Made by a program: the position numbers and the translations under genes. The notes beneath the pieces are model-generated. The model saw only the letters and a program-made list of their open reading frames with translations, was not told where the DNA came from and did no database searches. This document shows, piece after piece, positions 12,774-24,065 of a stretch of 64,000 nt of DNA. The stretch is taken from the NCBI GenBank assembly GCA_002269645.1, contig NIVC01000514.1, forward strand, positions 372,001 to 436,000, written 5' to 3'. Position 1 is the first letter of the stretch. Each line of letters begins with the position of its first letter. Origin of the DNA: Macrostomum lignano (taxonomy: Eukaryota).

Positions 12774-13944
12774 ATGGCCGCGTCAGCTTCGTTCACTCGG
12801 TTTGACGTTCAGAACATCATCAAGTTTGGAGTTTTGGCTGGAAATCGGCAACTGCAATTCATGAAAAGCTTGGAGACGTTTTAAAAGAAGAAGCTCCATC
12901 AGTTCAGACAGTGCTCAAGTGGGTTCGTGATCGTGAGGTCCTGAGAGGGAGGCTGTGCATGGAAGAGAAAGAGCGCTGCGAAGGCCGAGAACAGCTACCA
13001 CCGACGCAAATGCCGAGCGTGTGAAGGATGCCGTGACAGAGAACGGCAGGCTCACTTGCGCTGTGAGCTCAAGGAACTTCCAGACATTCCCCGCAGCACG
13101 GTGCATCGCATCCTAACTGAGAACTTGGGCATGCAGAAGATCTTCGTCAAGTGGGTGCCCCACCTGCTGACAAAAAAAGCAGATGGAGGAGCGGGTGAGG
13201 CTGTCCAGAGAGCAACTTCGTCGATTTCATCGAGTAGGCAACGACTTCCTCAGCAGGATTGTGACAGGGGATGAGACTTGGATCTAAGAATGAGATCCTG
13301 AGCTGAAGCGCCAGTCAGCGCAGTGGCTTCCAAAGGGATCAGCAAGCCCGGAGAAGGTGCAGCGCAAGCAGAGTTCAACGAAGGTGATGCACATCATCTT
13401 CTTCGACGTCCATGACATTCTGATGGACTGGCCTGTGCCAGTCGTTACCAAGGTGAATGCGGAATATTACAAATGGATTCTGCAAGAGAAACTGATCAGA
13501 AAGAAGCGACCTGGCTTGCTGGAGAGAGGCGTCATCTTCCATCACGACAATGCGCCTGTGCACCGCGCCAGAAGAGTGGAAGAGCTCCTAAAGTCCTGGG
13601 ACTGGGAAGTTCTGTCTCAGCCGAGCTATTCGCCTGACTTGGCTCCGGCGGACTTCTACGTTTTCCCAATGATGAAGGAGATCGTCTTCGTGGTCAACGT
13701 TTTGCCTCGGTGGAACAAATTAATAACAGTGTGCTTCATCAGCTCTCCAGCATCTGGCCATTGGCGGTTGCAGCCCTGCCTTCGAGGCGTGGGTGCGCCG
13801 CTGGCAGAAGTGCGTTGACCTCGGCGGCAAATTTGTAGAGTAACTATGAGTTCATTTTGGCAGTTGCAAAGTTTTGTTGATTGTGGATTAACTAGTTTGT
13901 CTTTTATAGTAATAGCGAAACTTACTTTTGGGATAGCCCTCGTA
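12774..13944 (+). mobile_element. Decayed mariner (Tc1/mariner, DD34D) transposon with pseudogenised transposase (12774-13843) and 3' TIR
   Basis: Motifs WVPHLLT, IVTGDETW, HHDNAPVH and YSPDLAPADF with 34 residues between the last two Asp; in-frame stops TAA 13285 and TGA 13291 plus frameshifts; C-terminus WVRRWQKCVDLGGKFVE*; right end CTTACTTTTGGGATAGCCCTCG-TA (13921-13944). No matching left TIR found. Confidence 0.95.
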
Positions 13945-14078
13945 CTTAACTTAGTTTAAGTAGTCTCTGAGTTAAAGCTGAATTGCGATGTGTGTGGACG
14001 AAACAAGCCAAATTTTTTCATCAACCACTAAACTGCTACAGTGTATATGATCTTGGGTTATTTTACAACACAGAGAGG

Positions 14079-14370
14079 CAGTGGCGTAAGCCAGAAATTT
14101 CAATTGGGGGGGCGGGTTGGCTTGGCTGGCCATGCCTTATGCCATTGCCACTTTTGGCGCCGCAGACACTCATTTTGGCGCCGCAGGCACTCATTTTAGC
14201 GTCGCAGGCACTCACTTTGGCGCCGCAGGCACTCATTTTGGCGCCGCAGGAACTTATTTTGGCGCCGCAGACACTCATTTTGGCGCCGCAGGCACTCAAT
14301 GGCCTCATGGTTTTTGGTACCCGCCGCGCCCAATCCAACCCCCCAGGCCCCCCCCCTGGCTACGCCACTG
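14079..14370. mobile_element. hAT-type MITE (292 bp) with 8-bp TSD and internal 21-bp tandem repeat
   Basis: TIRs CAGTGGCGTAAGCCAG / CTGGCTACGCCACTG; identical flanking CAGAGAGG at 14071-14078 and 14371-14378; internal TTTTGGCGCCGCAGGCACTCA x~7. Confidence 0.9.
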
Positions 14371-15326
14371 CAGAGAGGGTGGCGCAGTTGCAGATTAGGG
14401 CAGTAAGCAAATGGGCCCAATTACGACTGAGATTCATTAAGCAAATTGGTATATAAAATATGCTTTCATGCCTTCAATGTTTGAATTTTGAATTTGAACG
14501 CCCACCATGGGGGGCTTAGTGTGCTATAAAACTTCAAACGATTAAAAATTAGATTTGGAATTGGGTCAAATATTTGAAAAACAATGTTTTTTTAACGTTT
14601 TCAATGTTTGAATTTTTAATTTGAATGGGGCTAAATGCGCTAGAGGCTCTTCATATTGCTTGTTCTAGTTCTAGAACCAGAACCAATTTGTAAAGTATAA
14701 CTTTTTGTCTCCTTAACTAGAGGGATATACTTGCTATAAACTCTCTTAATTATTGAATGAAAATCGCCAAGAAGAAAGTGAAAAATTGTGCAAAGTGAGG
14801 CTGTTAAGGCAGTCAAATATTAACAGAGTTAAATAGTTATACTGCTGTTTTTCTTGGAAGATCCGAACCGATTCTGGTTCTGGAATTGGTAATGTGAAGA
14901 CTGAAGAGGCTTCTTCTAGTATAGTCGATCGAAATCCGAGTGACCGAGTCAGATCCTATTAGCTCAATTTTTTAAACTGAAATCTTGCGATTAAAACAAA
15001 GTTTCCAATGCGTTTCTTAAAAAAAGCAAATAAAACTATAACACATTGAGTTTTAGGTTACAAAAATCTGTCTACTGAATCATTAAAACTCCTAGAGTTT
15101 AGCACGTCAGTGGATCTACTTTGTCTAAAATTGACAAGTTGCGCGAATCAAAGTCTGCGCGTTGTTGTTACTTACTTGTTATACATGGGTTTCGAAATTC
15201 CCCTTTAAATTATTGACCGACATTGACTGTTTTCAACCTTCTGAGTTGGAGACTTCGTTTTGACAAATTATCGTACAGTCAAGTCCAATGATTACTGTGT
15301 TTTATTATTGATTGCTTTTGATTTTC

Positions 15327-16329
15327 ATGAGAGCGATGGAAGTCCAGGCTCAGCCGGTTACTGCTCTCCTATCCAATGGAAACGTTCAGATGTCATCTCA
15401 ACCACTTGCCATGAGCTTACCTGAGCTTATTGCTGCTAACCCAACTGTCGCATCCCAGCTACCAGTGTCACAATCTCAAAGTCAGAATATAACTCTGACT
15501 CATGAGCAGCTAACGCAGCTTATTCAGCAAGCGATTTGCTTGCCCAAGGTGGATGGCTCAGCAGACAACCCAACTGTCACGATTACTCTCATCAATGTTG
15601 ATCCAAACCAGCTGGGCGCTGGGCCTCTCCTGCTTGCTGCACCATCGCTGCCAATGCAGCAACAACCCGAGAATCTGATTGTCACGTCATCTGCTGCTAC
15701 TCAGATTCCACAAGCAAGTTCAATCAATTCATCAGGAATTGCTCTACCAATTAACCTGCCAGATAGCAGCATGCTGGATTCTTCAACAAGCTATAGAAGT
15801 GACTCCTATGCTTTGAGTGGCAGCCACATCAGCCCTACTTATGGTAGCATTGGTGCAAACTACACTACAATAGGATCTTTGTCTTCCCTGCCAACTATTG
15901 CAACTACAACAGACAAGTTTTGTAATCCAACTATTGCTCATGCTTCAAGTGGTTATACCATTTCCCAGCAGCCTAATAATGCAAACTATGGACTTCAAGT
16001 GCAAGATATAAAGCCATTCACAAATCATAATCCCTTGTTGAATGGCTTAGAATTAAAGCAAGGAAGCTACAATGCAACTGTTAATGAATTTAATAAGTAT
16101 AACCAAGTACTTGCTCCATTGAATCTACAAGCAACATTGCCCATTGGCCAAACAATCCTGCAAACTCAAGGCCAAGGACAAACAACTTCTTTTATGCAAC
16201 CAAATTCTTTTCAACCACAGCAGCAAGTTACTCAAAGTCAAACAAGTCAGATTTTGACTAATTCCTATTTTATCCAATCTGAGTCTTCTGCATCTGAGTT
16301 GAAGCCTAGTGTAAAAACAGAGTTTATTG
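15327..16329 (+). CDS. onecut: Onecut coding exon 1 (Q/S/T-rich N-terminus); start codon uncertain. Model: join(15327..16329,22179..22559,25947..26617), 684 aa
   Basis: Long ORF ending at G|GTAAGT (phase 1, matching the 22179 acceptor); contains NYTTIGSLSSLPTIATTTDKF, which aligns with the HNF6/Onecut TP-box region TYTTLTPLQPLPPISTVSDKF. Confidence 0.8.
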
Positions 16330-16626
16330 GTAAGTTTTATATTCAATATATTTAATACTTTAATAATACCAACAAGTATTTTTTGTATAAATATATTTTT
16401 ATATATAATTTTTAGAACTTAAGACTAAGTGAACTATTGGTTGTTAATAAGCCTATTTAATGATAAAATTTAGCTTAATAGGCCCCTTATTATTGTTGTA
16501 TTGATATCAAGTTATACATTAATAATACAACAGTTATTATTTGTTTTTTTTATTAGAGGCAGGGGGTTGTGTGCACCCTGGTGCACTTTAAGCAACATTG
16601 GCACAACCAGCAAGAGGCATTACTGC

Positions 16627-16898
16627 CTATTCCGCCGACTCCCCTGAGTAGGCATACAAGCGCAGATACATACGCAGGCATACAAACACAGGAGTGTATA
16701 GCAGTCCTAACTTTAATTTATCATTAGGCATGTACACTTCATTGCACCTTGGGGGGTTGGCTCTCAAGGCCGTTAATTGCACAAGCAGAGCCAAGCCGAG
16801 ATTCCAATTCAGCCCCAAATAAATGTGACTGCACTTGGAATTGAGCCTGGGTCATTGGCACACCAGAGCCTGCGCTAGACCACTGGGCTACAGCCCCC
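16627..16898 (-). mobile_element. tRNA-derived SINE-like element
   Basis: Minus-strand head GGGGGCTGTAGCCCAGTGGTCTAGCGC (A-box-like) ... GGCTCAATTCC (B-box-like); no complete cloverleaf; 3' boundary approximate. Confidence 0.55.
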
Positions 16899-17304
16899 AT
16901 TATTATTTGTTTAGTGACTAGACAAATAAGCAAAGTGGTTATTCTTTTAGTTATCAAACAAAGTGATTACCACTATTTTTTCAATTAATACTAGAATCTA
17001 GAAAAATATACATGCCCAACACCCATCCAACATATCTGAACTAAATGATTGAAATAGCCACTAGCCAAGGCCTAGGTTGCAATGTGAAAAATGTGAAAAA
17101 TGAAAAATTGATAAAAAAAAGAAAAAGGAGAGAAAAAAGAAAGAAAAAAGAGAAGAAAGCAAAAAAGTCAAGATATATACTAGTATGACCATATATGCCC
17201 TGGGTTTTTTTTTTCGCCAGAGATAAGGTGCGAAATCGCACCTTGTGCCAAATTTCAAGGTGCGATTTTAAGGCTCAGAGTGCAATTTCTCTTGAGTCTT
17301 GTTT

Positions 17305-19790
17305 AGAATGTGAGGGTTTCACGAGAGATATTCAGACAGACATTCGAAACGATCGTCTGTAACTTTAAACAAAATTGACCCGCTTCAACCATCTTTTTGG
17401 CAAATACTTACGCAAGTGTTGGGTGTCGAATAAGCTTTAATTTATTAACTGAAGTAAAAATCCTTCTGACATACATTGATTTAAAAATTGCTTAGCAACA
17501 CTAGCTCTGATTAGAAATCGCTTTACTGTTGACTAAAATTGTTTTGATTGTAGCAGCCTAAAAGCAGATACTGGATTTAAAAATGCTTCGATTTACTCTA
17601 TACGCATGTCTCAGCTTTAAAATGACACCTCAGGCGTCGCAAAAGACAGCTTTGATGCTGAGATATTCGACACTAAACAATTGCTTTGTGCAAACTCACA
17701 TTCAGAAATTTCACTGATTTTTATCGATATTTGTGCAGCTGCCATGTCCTTGTTTTTCATCAGAAACTTGTCAAATTCTAGTCATGTCCAGTTTAAACCT
17801 GGACTTCTCTTAAACTGTCTTAAGTATTTGATTTTTAATGATTCCTGCCTTTATATTGCATAGATTGTACCTGAGTCAGTGAGTCTGTGAGTGTACATTT
17901 GTACATATGGCGACCAATCATGACTTTTTCACCGCTTTGCAATTCAAATAAATATACGAGTGTACAAGAAACATGTTCCAATTGTTATTGAGAGAAATTG
18001 ACGTCGCGTTTATTAACAGTCAGTGGCAATTAATATGAAGCAAATAGTTTATTGTTATGTTTTTACTTTTTTTGCGTGGCAATTCTGCTATCCAAATTGG
18101 AATGAGGTAAGCGGTGGGAATAAAATAAAAAGGAAAAATTTTTTCTACTGTTGTTGCAACCCAATAGCTATATGTACTTCAAACTTTTTAGATTGAACAG
18201 GCGATTTCTAATGTACTGCTAAGCTTTCCAATCCCTACGGACTACCGTAGCAGTTCTTAACTTTTTTTCTGTCTTGACTTCTAGACTCGGAATTCGGAAC
18301 AACCTAAGGAGCCGCATGAAAATATTTAATTGGATAAAGATATTTTCTAAAAACAGCTCAAGTCGTGACACATCTTCTTCTCACCTCAGTCCATCAACTG
18401 CTGCTCCTTCTGAGACCGAAGCAATCGTGAAAGTAAAACAGATCAGTTTAGATCCGATGGCCATGAATACAACCATTTCAATTGTGAACCTGCTTTGCTT
18501 ACGAGTACGAGCACTAGCCTTCCATTTGATGCCATTAGCTCACTTAACTCTGAAATAGTTCAAGGATGGTTCCAAATGTTGAGATCTGACGTAGAAGCAG
18601 TCCAATTTGCGGAAATTTATCAACTGGACTCCATGAATCACTCCAATGAAAGGCGGCAAATAGCTGCAGAATGCGTAAACAAGTTTAAGTGAGTCACAAA
18701 ACCCCCCATTTACAGTAACTACATACACTTGTACGTTAGCAAGGCTCCATGCGATGGTTAATAAATGGAGAAGTAGACAAGCATCTGAACAAATATTGAA
18801 TAAAAATCAGTGAAGTTTCCGAATGTGAGTTTGAGCAAAGCAATGTTTAGTGTCGAATATCTCAGCATCAAAGCTGTCTTTTGCAACACCTGAGGTGTCA
18901 TTTTAAAGCTGAGACATGCTTATAGACATGACTAGAATTTGACGAGATTCTGATGAAAAACAAGGACACGGCAACTGCACAAATATCGACAAAAAATCAG
19001 TGAAATTTCTGAATGTGAGTTTGCGCAAAGCAATGCATGTTTAGTGTCGAATATCTCAGCATCAAAGCTGTCTTTTGCGACGCCTGAGGTGTCATTTTAA
19101 AGCTGAGACATGCGTATAGAGTAAATCGAAGCATTTTTAAATCCAGTATCTGCTTTTAGGCTGCTACGATCAAAACAATTTTAGTCAACAGTAAAGCGAT
19201 TTCTAATCAGAGCTAGTGTTGCTAAGCAATTTTTAAATCAATGTATGTCAGAAGGATTTTTACTTCAGTTAATAAATTAAAGCTTATTTGACGCCCAACA
19301 CTTGCGTAAGTATTTGCCAAAAAGATGGTTGAAACGGGTCAATTTTGTTTGAAGTTACAGACAATCATTTTGAATGTCTGTCTGAATGGGTCTCCCTAAA
19401 ACACGCCCCGCACCGCCCTGCAGCGCTACACATTAAAACAAATTGGACTATAACTAAAGACACTTCAGAATGCGTTTTCTGTTAAGCTTCAAGTTTTTAT
19501 TAAATTTAGTTTTTTTACTTTGAAATATAAAATTTGGTGAACAATAAGTGATATTAATAATAATATTAATAATATAATAATATTATAAATTAATAATGAA
19601 AACGAGAATATAAAAAAAATAATATTTAAAAAAATAAATAAAGATGTTTATTCCATTACTATTTTAACTTTTCCTTGCAATCAAATACTGCATTGACAAA
19701 AAATGTTATAATGTGTAGCGGTTTGGGGCCCGGTGCGGGGCGTGTTTTAGGGAGCCCCTGTCTGAATATCTCTCGTGAAACCCTCATATT
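17305..19790. mobile_element. Foldback-like element with ~480-bp inverted arms (17305-17790 vs 18925-19387 + 19759-19790)
   Basis: Long reverse-complement match read directly; right arm split by a younger MITE; partial direct duplication of arm sequence at ~18805-18920; exact termini and TSD not resolved. Confidence 0.8.
19388..19758. mobile_element. MuDR/Mutator-like MITE (371 bp), 9-bp TSD
   Basis: TIRs GGGTCTCCCTAAAACACGCCCCGCACC / GGTGCGGGGCGTGTTTTAGGGAGCCCC; TGTCTGAAT duplicated at 19379-87 and 19759-67; AT-rich core. Confidence 0.85.
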
Positions 19791-20639
19791 GCTCACATTT
19801 CTGACAACTGGGAATGTATATTTTAATATCTTACATAAGGCTATAGCTATAGGCTATATCGCCTATATGACTTAATAGGATTTAAAGAGTTATTTTGTTT
19901 CATATTTTAAGGCAGTGCATAAAAAATAGCTTAAGCATGGTTAAGCCTTTAAAGAAAAATGGTTATAAGACCGCACCTAAACCGCACCTACTTTTTTAAT
20001 TTCAGGGTGCGATTTTAAAATTTAGGGTGCATACGCACACTCTGCGCACAAAAAAAAAACCCTGTATATGCGCAACAGTCGGCCAAGTTGGCCGATCTGG
20101 CCAACCAATTTGGTGGCTAACCAAGGAAGTCGCAAAAATGCCCACCCAAAAAATACCTGTGTAGTACTAAGTAGCTGATGAGGCATTTTGACTTAATAAG
20201 ACAGTCATAGTTACTCTTGCCATTTACCCAAAGTTGCGTTAATTTTGCGTTAGGGTTTTTTACATGTAAGTCCCATTTTTGGCCAAAAACTATGTCGCAT
20301 TTTTGTTAAAACTAAGTCGCATGGCCAACCGAATTTTGGAGGTTGCGCATGTATGAGTATGACAGTATAATAATCAAGTTTTGAATAAGATTAAGAATCT
20401 TTAAAGTCTTGAAAATGCATTGTAAAAATTGAAATAATTAGTGTTATCAATTTAGATAGACAAATAACAAAATGCCTGTTTCTAGTATTAACTAAATGAA
20501 TAGTAAACTATGGCTATTTATCTAGTAACCAAATGAACAACTATATCATTATTTATTCAGTCACTAGACAAATAACAACTGCCTATTATTAATACAAGAT
20601 TTATTTTATTTTTAAATATTGATTCTGCTTAGTTTTCAT

Positions 20640-20755
20640 GGTTAGAGATTTGATTCCCAATCTTACTAGAACTATTTGTGTCTTTAGGCAAAACATTTAA
20701 CTTTATATTATATTGCTTCAGTTCACCTAGCTATAAATTAGATATTATTGGTGCA
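20640..20755 (+). mobile_element. Heavily mutated copy of the SINE family also at 21869 and 36195
   Basis: Alignable core TTTGTGTC...GCAA..CA.TTAAC...ATTGCTTCAGTTCACC.AG. Confidence 0.6.
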
Positions 20756-21868
20756 TGTCTAAAGTGGCTACACACTAATGTGGCCATAGTATAGGCATAG
20801 TTCTAAATCAGCTTATGCAAAAGGAAATAAATTTTAACCTCTTTAATTTACTATTGGCTTTTCTAGCTTCTTGGGTTTAAAGAGGAGTCAAAACCATTGT
20901 GATACCTTTTAATTCTAACTATAACTTTGACTATAGGCCTAATTAACAATTATAGGCCTAATTGTCAATAATAAAGTATTGACTATTAGTTACTCAAATG
21001 CTAGGCCTATCCAAAACTAGATAGTTTGGCAAATATAATAAGAACTCACAGGTTGAGATAAGGGGAATTGATGAGAGAGAGACGAGAGCTTCTATTTCTC
21101 TATCTTAGCCTCCTCTTAGTCTTCCTTATATTGCTTCAAAGCAATAAGAAATATATTTGCCTTGTGGTCACATTGGTCTATGGCACCTTGGTCCATCACT
21201 GCTATCATTGGCTGGAATAATTGAGAGTGTATGTGGCCTCTTAGTCCTTGGATTAGATAGCTATATATAGCCTTCACAGATATGCCACATAATAAGTTAT
21301 AGCTAAGCTATCAATTGTATGTCTTGCACAATTATGGTATGTATAATCAATTATTATTACTATAAAAGTGAAATAGACTATTTTAGGTCTATTTTCCAAT
21401 ATTGGGTTATAGTGCTTAGTATAACCTGCCCCCCTCTCAAAAAATTTCTAGATCTACACCTATTGCATAGCATAGGATAGATAATATTGATAAATATAAA
21501 ACATTGTTAAATGTATTTGTAGCTATATAAATGACTTAAAAGACATACTTTTGAGCTCTTTTTATTATAGCTTATATATAATATGTCTTTTTATAAACTT
21601 AATCAATTAGTTATTAGATTCAATTATATAGTCAAATTATAGCATTGTATAGAAATATGCAGGCAAACTGTTTCAATTTAGTGTATCTCAATAAATAGCT
21701 GTATATATTGCATTAAGCAAGTGGGTATTGCAAATTGATCATTGCATTGTAGCCTCATTTAAAGCATTAAACTGTCCTTTTTGAGCTAATAAAAAGGCTT
21801 CATGTGAAAATTAAATCACTTCTACTCATTGATTGTTGAGATAATTGAATATTATAGGCCCTAGCCTA

Positions 21869-22060
21869 GAGGTTGTAGTCTAGTGGGTAGAGCTCAGACT
21901 CATAACTGAGGTTGGTTGTTCAATTCCCAGCCCCACTGTAACAATTTGTCTTGAGCAAGACACTCAACTCTGCATTTCTTCAGTTCACCCAGCTGTAAAA
22001 TGGGTGCCGGGTAATTGAGGGTGGGTATGGCGACCCCTAGTCCTTGGACTGAACAGCCTT
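21869..22060 (+). mobile_element. tRNA-derived SINE with conserved central core
   Basis: A-box GTAGTCTAGTGG, tRNA-Met-like anticodon arm CAGACTCATAACTG, B-box GTTCAATTCC, then TTGAGCAAGACACTCAACTCTGCATT.CTTCAGTTCACCCAG..GTAAAATGGGTGCC shared with 36195-36345. Confidence 0.75.
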
Positions 22061-22178
22061 GAGATATTCTGCAATAGCAGCCAATAATAGCCATTTGCGG
22101 CGAATCAATTGAGATACTTGGTTCATTAAAATCAACAAATTCACTGATCTTGAATTAAAACTTTTCCTCTGCATCCAG

Positions 22179-22559
22179 CTTCCTCAAGCGCTGCTACATC
22201 AGCCAGCAGGCAGCCGGCACCTCCGCCTGTCCTTGGCACTGCCAGCTCCCTCGTTGGTTCTGTGGATGCCCAGCAGCAGCAGCATTCGCCTTCTGCGGAT
22301 CTGCCAGCCACCTCCGACGGTGAGGAGATCAACACCAAGGAGCTGGCACACCGAATCAGCTCGGAGCTGAAGCGGTACAGCATACCGCAGGCGGTGTTCG
22401 CCCAGCGGGTTCTGTGCCGCAGCCAGGGCACTCTGTCAGACCTTTTGCGCAATCCCAAGCCCTGGAGCAAGCTCAAGTCTGGCCGGGAGACCTTCAGAAG
22501 GATGTGGAAGTGGCTTCAGGAGCCTGAGCTGCAGAGAATGTCGGCCCTGAGGCTGGCGG
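22179..22559 (+). CDS. onecut: Onecut exon 2, CUT domain
   Basis: EEINTKELAHRISSELKRYSIPQAVFAQRVLCRSQGTLSDLLRNPKPWSKLKSGRETFRRMWKWLQEPELQRMSALRLA; acceptor TCCAG|, donor G|GTGAGT at the conserved phase-1 RLA|A position. Confidence 0.97.
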
Positions 22560-22668
22560 GTGAGTTGCTTGCTGCTCTATTCGCTTTGAGGATTTGGAGT
22601 TCAAGATTGAGAGTACAGAAATTCTATATTTCAATTTGGGAGCTATTCTAAGGTGCATAATTTGTCAT

Positions 22669-24065
22669 CCCTGGTGTCATCAGTGAGGGTGCCAGAAACA
22701 CTGGTGTGCATCAGTGAGGGTGCCAGCAACCCTGGTGTCAATCAGTGAGGGTGCCAGCAACCCTGGTGTCATCAGTGAGGGTGCCAGAAACACTGGTGTA
22801 CATCAGTGAGGGTGCCAGCAACCCTGGTGTCAATCAGTGAGGGTGCCAGCAACCCTGGTGTCATCAGTGTGATGCCAGCAACCCTGGTGTACATCATTGT
22901 GGGTGCCAGCAACCCTGGTGTCAATCAGTGAGGGTGCCAGCAACCCTGGTTTCAATCAGTGAGGGTGCCAGCAACCCTGGTGTACATCAGTGTGGGTGCC
23001 AGCAACCCTGGTGTCATCAATGTGGGCACCAGCAACCCTGGTGTCATCAGTGTGGGCACCAGCTGCCCTGGTGTCATCAGTGTGGGTGCCAGCTGCCCTG
23101 GTGTCAATCAGTGAGGGTGCCAGCAACCCTGGTTTCAATCAGTGAGGGTGCCAGCAACCCTGGTGTACATCAGTGTGGGTGCCAGCAACCCTGGTGTCAT
23201 CAATGTGGGCACCAGCAACCCTGGTGTCATCAGTGTGGGCACCAGCTGCCCTGGTGTCATCAGTGTGGGTGCCAGCTGCCCTGGTGTCATCAGTGTGGGT
23301 GCCAGCAACCCTGGTGTACATCAGTGTGGGTGCCAGCAACCCTGGTGTCATCAGTGAGGGTGCCAGCAACCTTGGTGTCATCAGTGAGGGTGCCAGCAAC
23401 CCTGTTATCATCAGTGTGATGCCAGCAACCCTGGTGTCATCAGTGTGGGCACCAGCAACCCTGGTGTCATCAGTGTGATGCCAGCAACCCTGGTGTCATC
23501 AGTGTGGGCACCAGCTGCCCTGGTGTCATCAGTGTGGGTGCCAGCTGCCCTGGTGTCATCAGTGTGGGCACCAGCAACCCTGGAATCATCACTGTGGGCA
23601 CCAGCTGCCCTGGTGTCATCAGTGTGGGTGCCAGCTGCCCTGGTGTCATCAGTGTGGGTGCCAGCAACTCTGGTGTCATCAGTGTGGGCACCAGCTGCCC
23701 TGGTGTCATCAGTGTGGGCACCAGCAACCCTGGTGTCATCAGTGTGGGCACCAGCTGCCCTGGTGTCATCAGTGAGGGTGCCAGCAACCCTGGTGTCATC
23801 AGTGTGGGTGCCAGCAACCCTGGTGTACATCAGTGTGGGTGCCAGCAACCCTGGTGTGCATCAGTGTGGGCACCAGCTGCCCTGGTGTCATCAGTGTGGG
23901 CACCAGCTGCCCTGGTGTCATCAGTGTGGGCACCAGCTGCCCTGGTGTCATCAGTGTGGGTGCCAGCTGCCCTGGTGTCATCAGTGTGGGTGCCAGCAAC
24001 CCTGGTGTCATCAGTGTGGGCACCAGCTGCCCTGGTGTCATCAGTGTGGGCACCAGCTGCCCTGG
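22669..24065. repeat. ~30-bp tandem repeat (CAGCAACCCTGGTGTCATCAGTGTGGGTGC), ~46 copies, Onecut intron 2
   Basis: Direct periodicity; source of many spurious ORFs. Confidence 0.97.

Larger units (their letters stand above)
17200..20064. mobile_element. hAT-like non-autonomous element, host of nested insertions
   Basis: Ends CTGGGTTTTTTTTTT / AAAAAAAAAACCCTG (1 mismatch); flanks TATATGCC (17192-99) and TATATGCG (20065-72) form a 7/8 match 8-bp TSD; subterminal GGTGCG/CGCACC motifs at both ends. Confidence 0.7.

Noticed and set aside
18274-18692. Transposase remnant in the foldback spacer
   Set aside because: Short ORFs with no recognisable catalytic motif.
21869-21930. Functional tRNA-Met gene
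   Set aside because: Acceptor stem is incomplete and the sequence continues into a SINE core shared with other copies.
22735-23205. Onecut autoregulatory sites (GTCAAT/ATCAAT) in the intron 2 array
   Set aside because: Present only in a few variant units and not a full HNF6 consensus.
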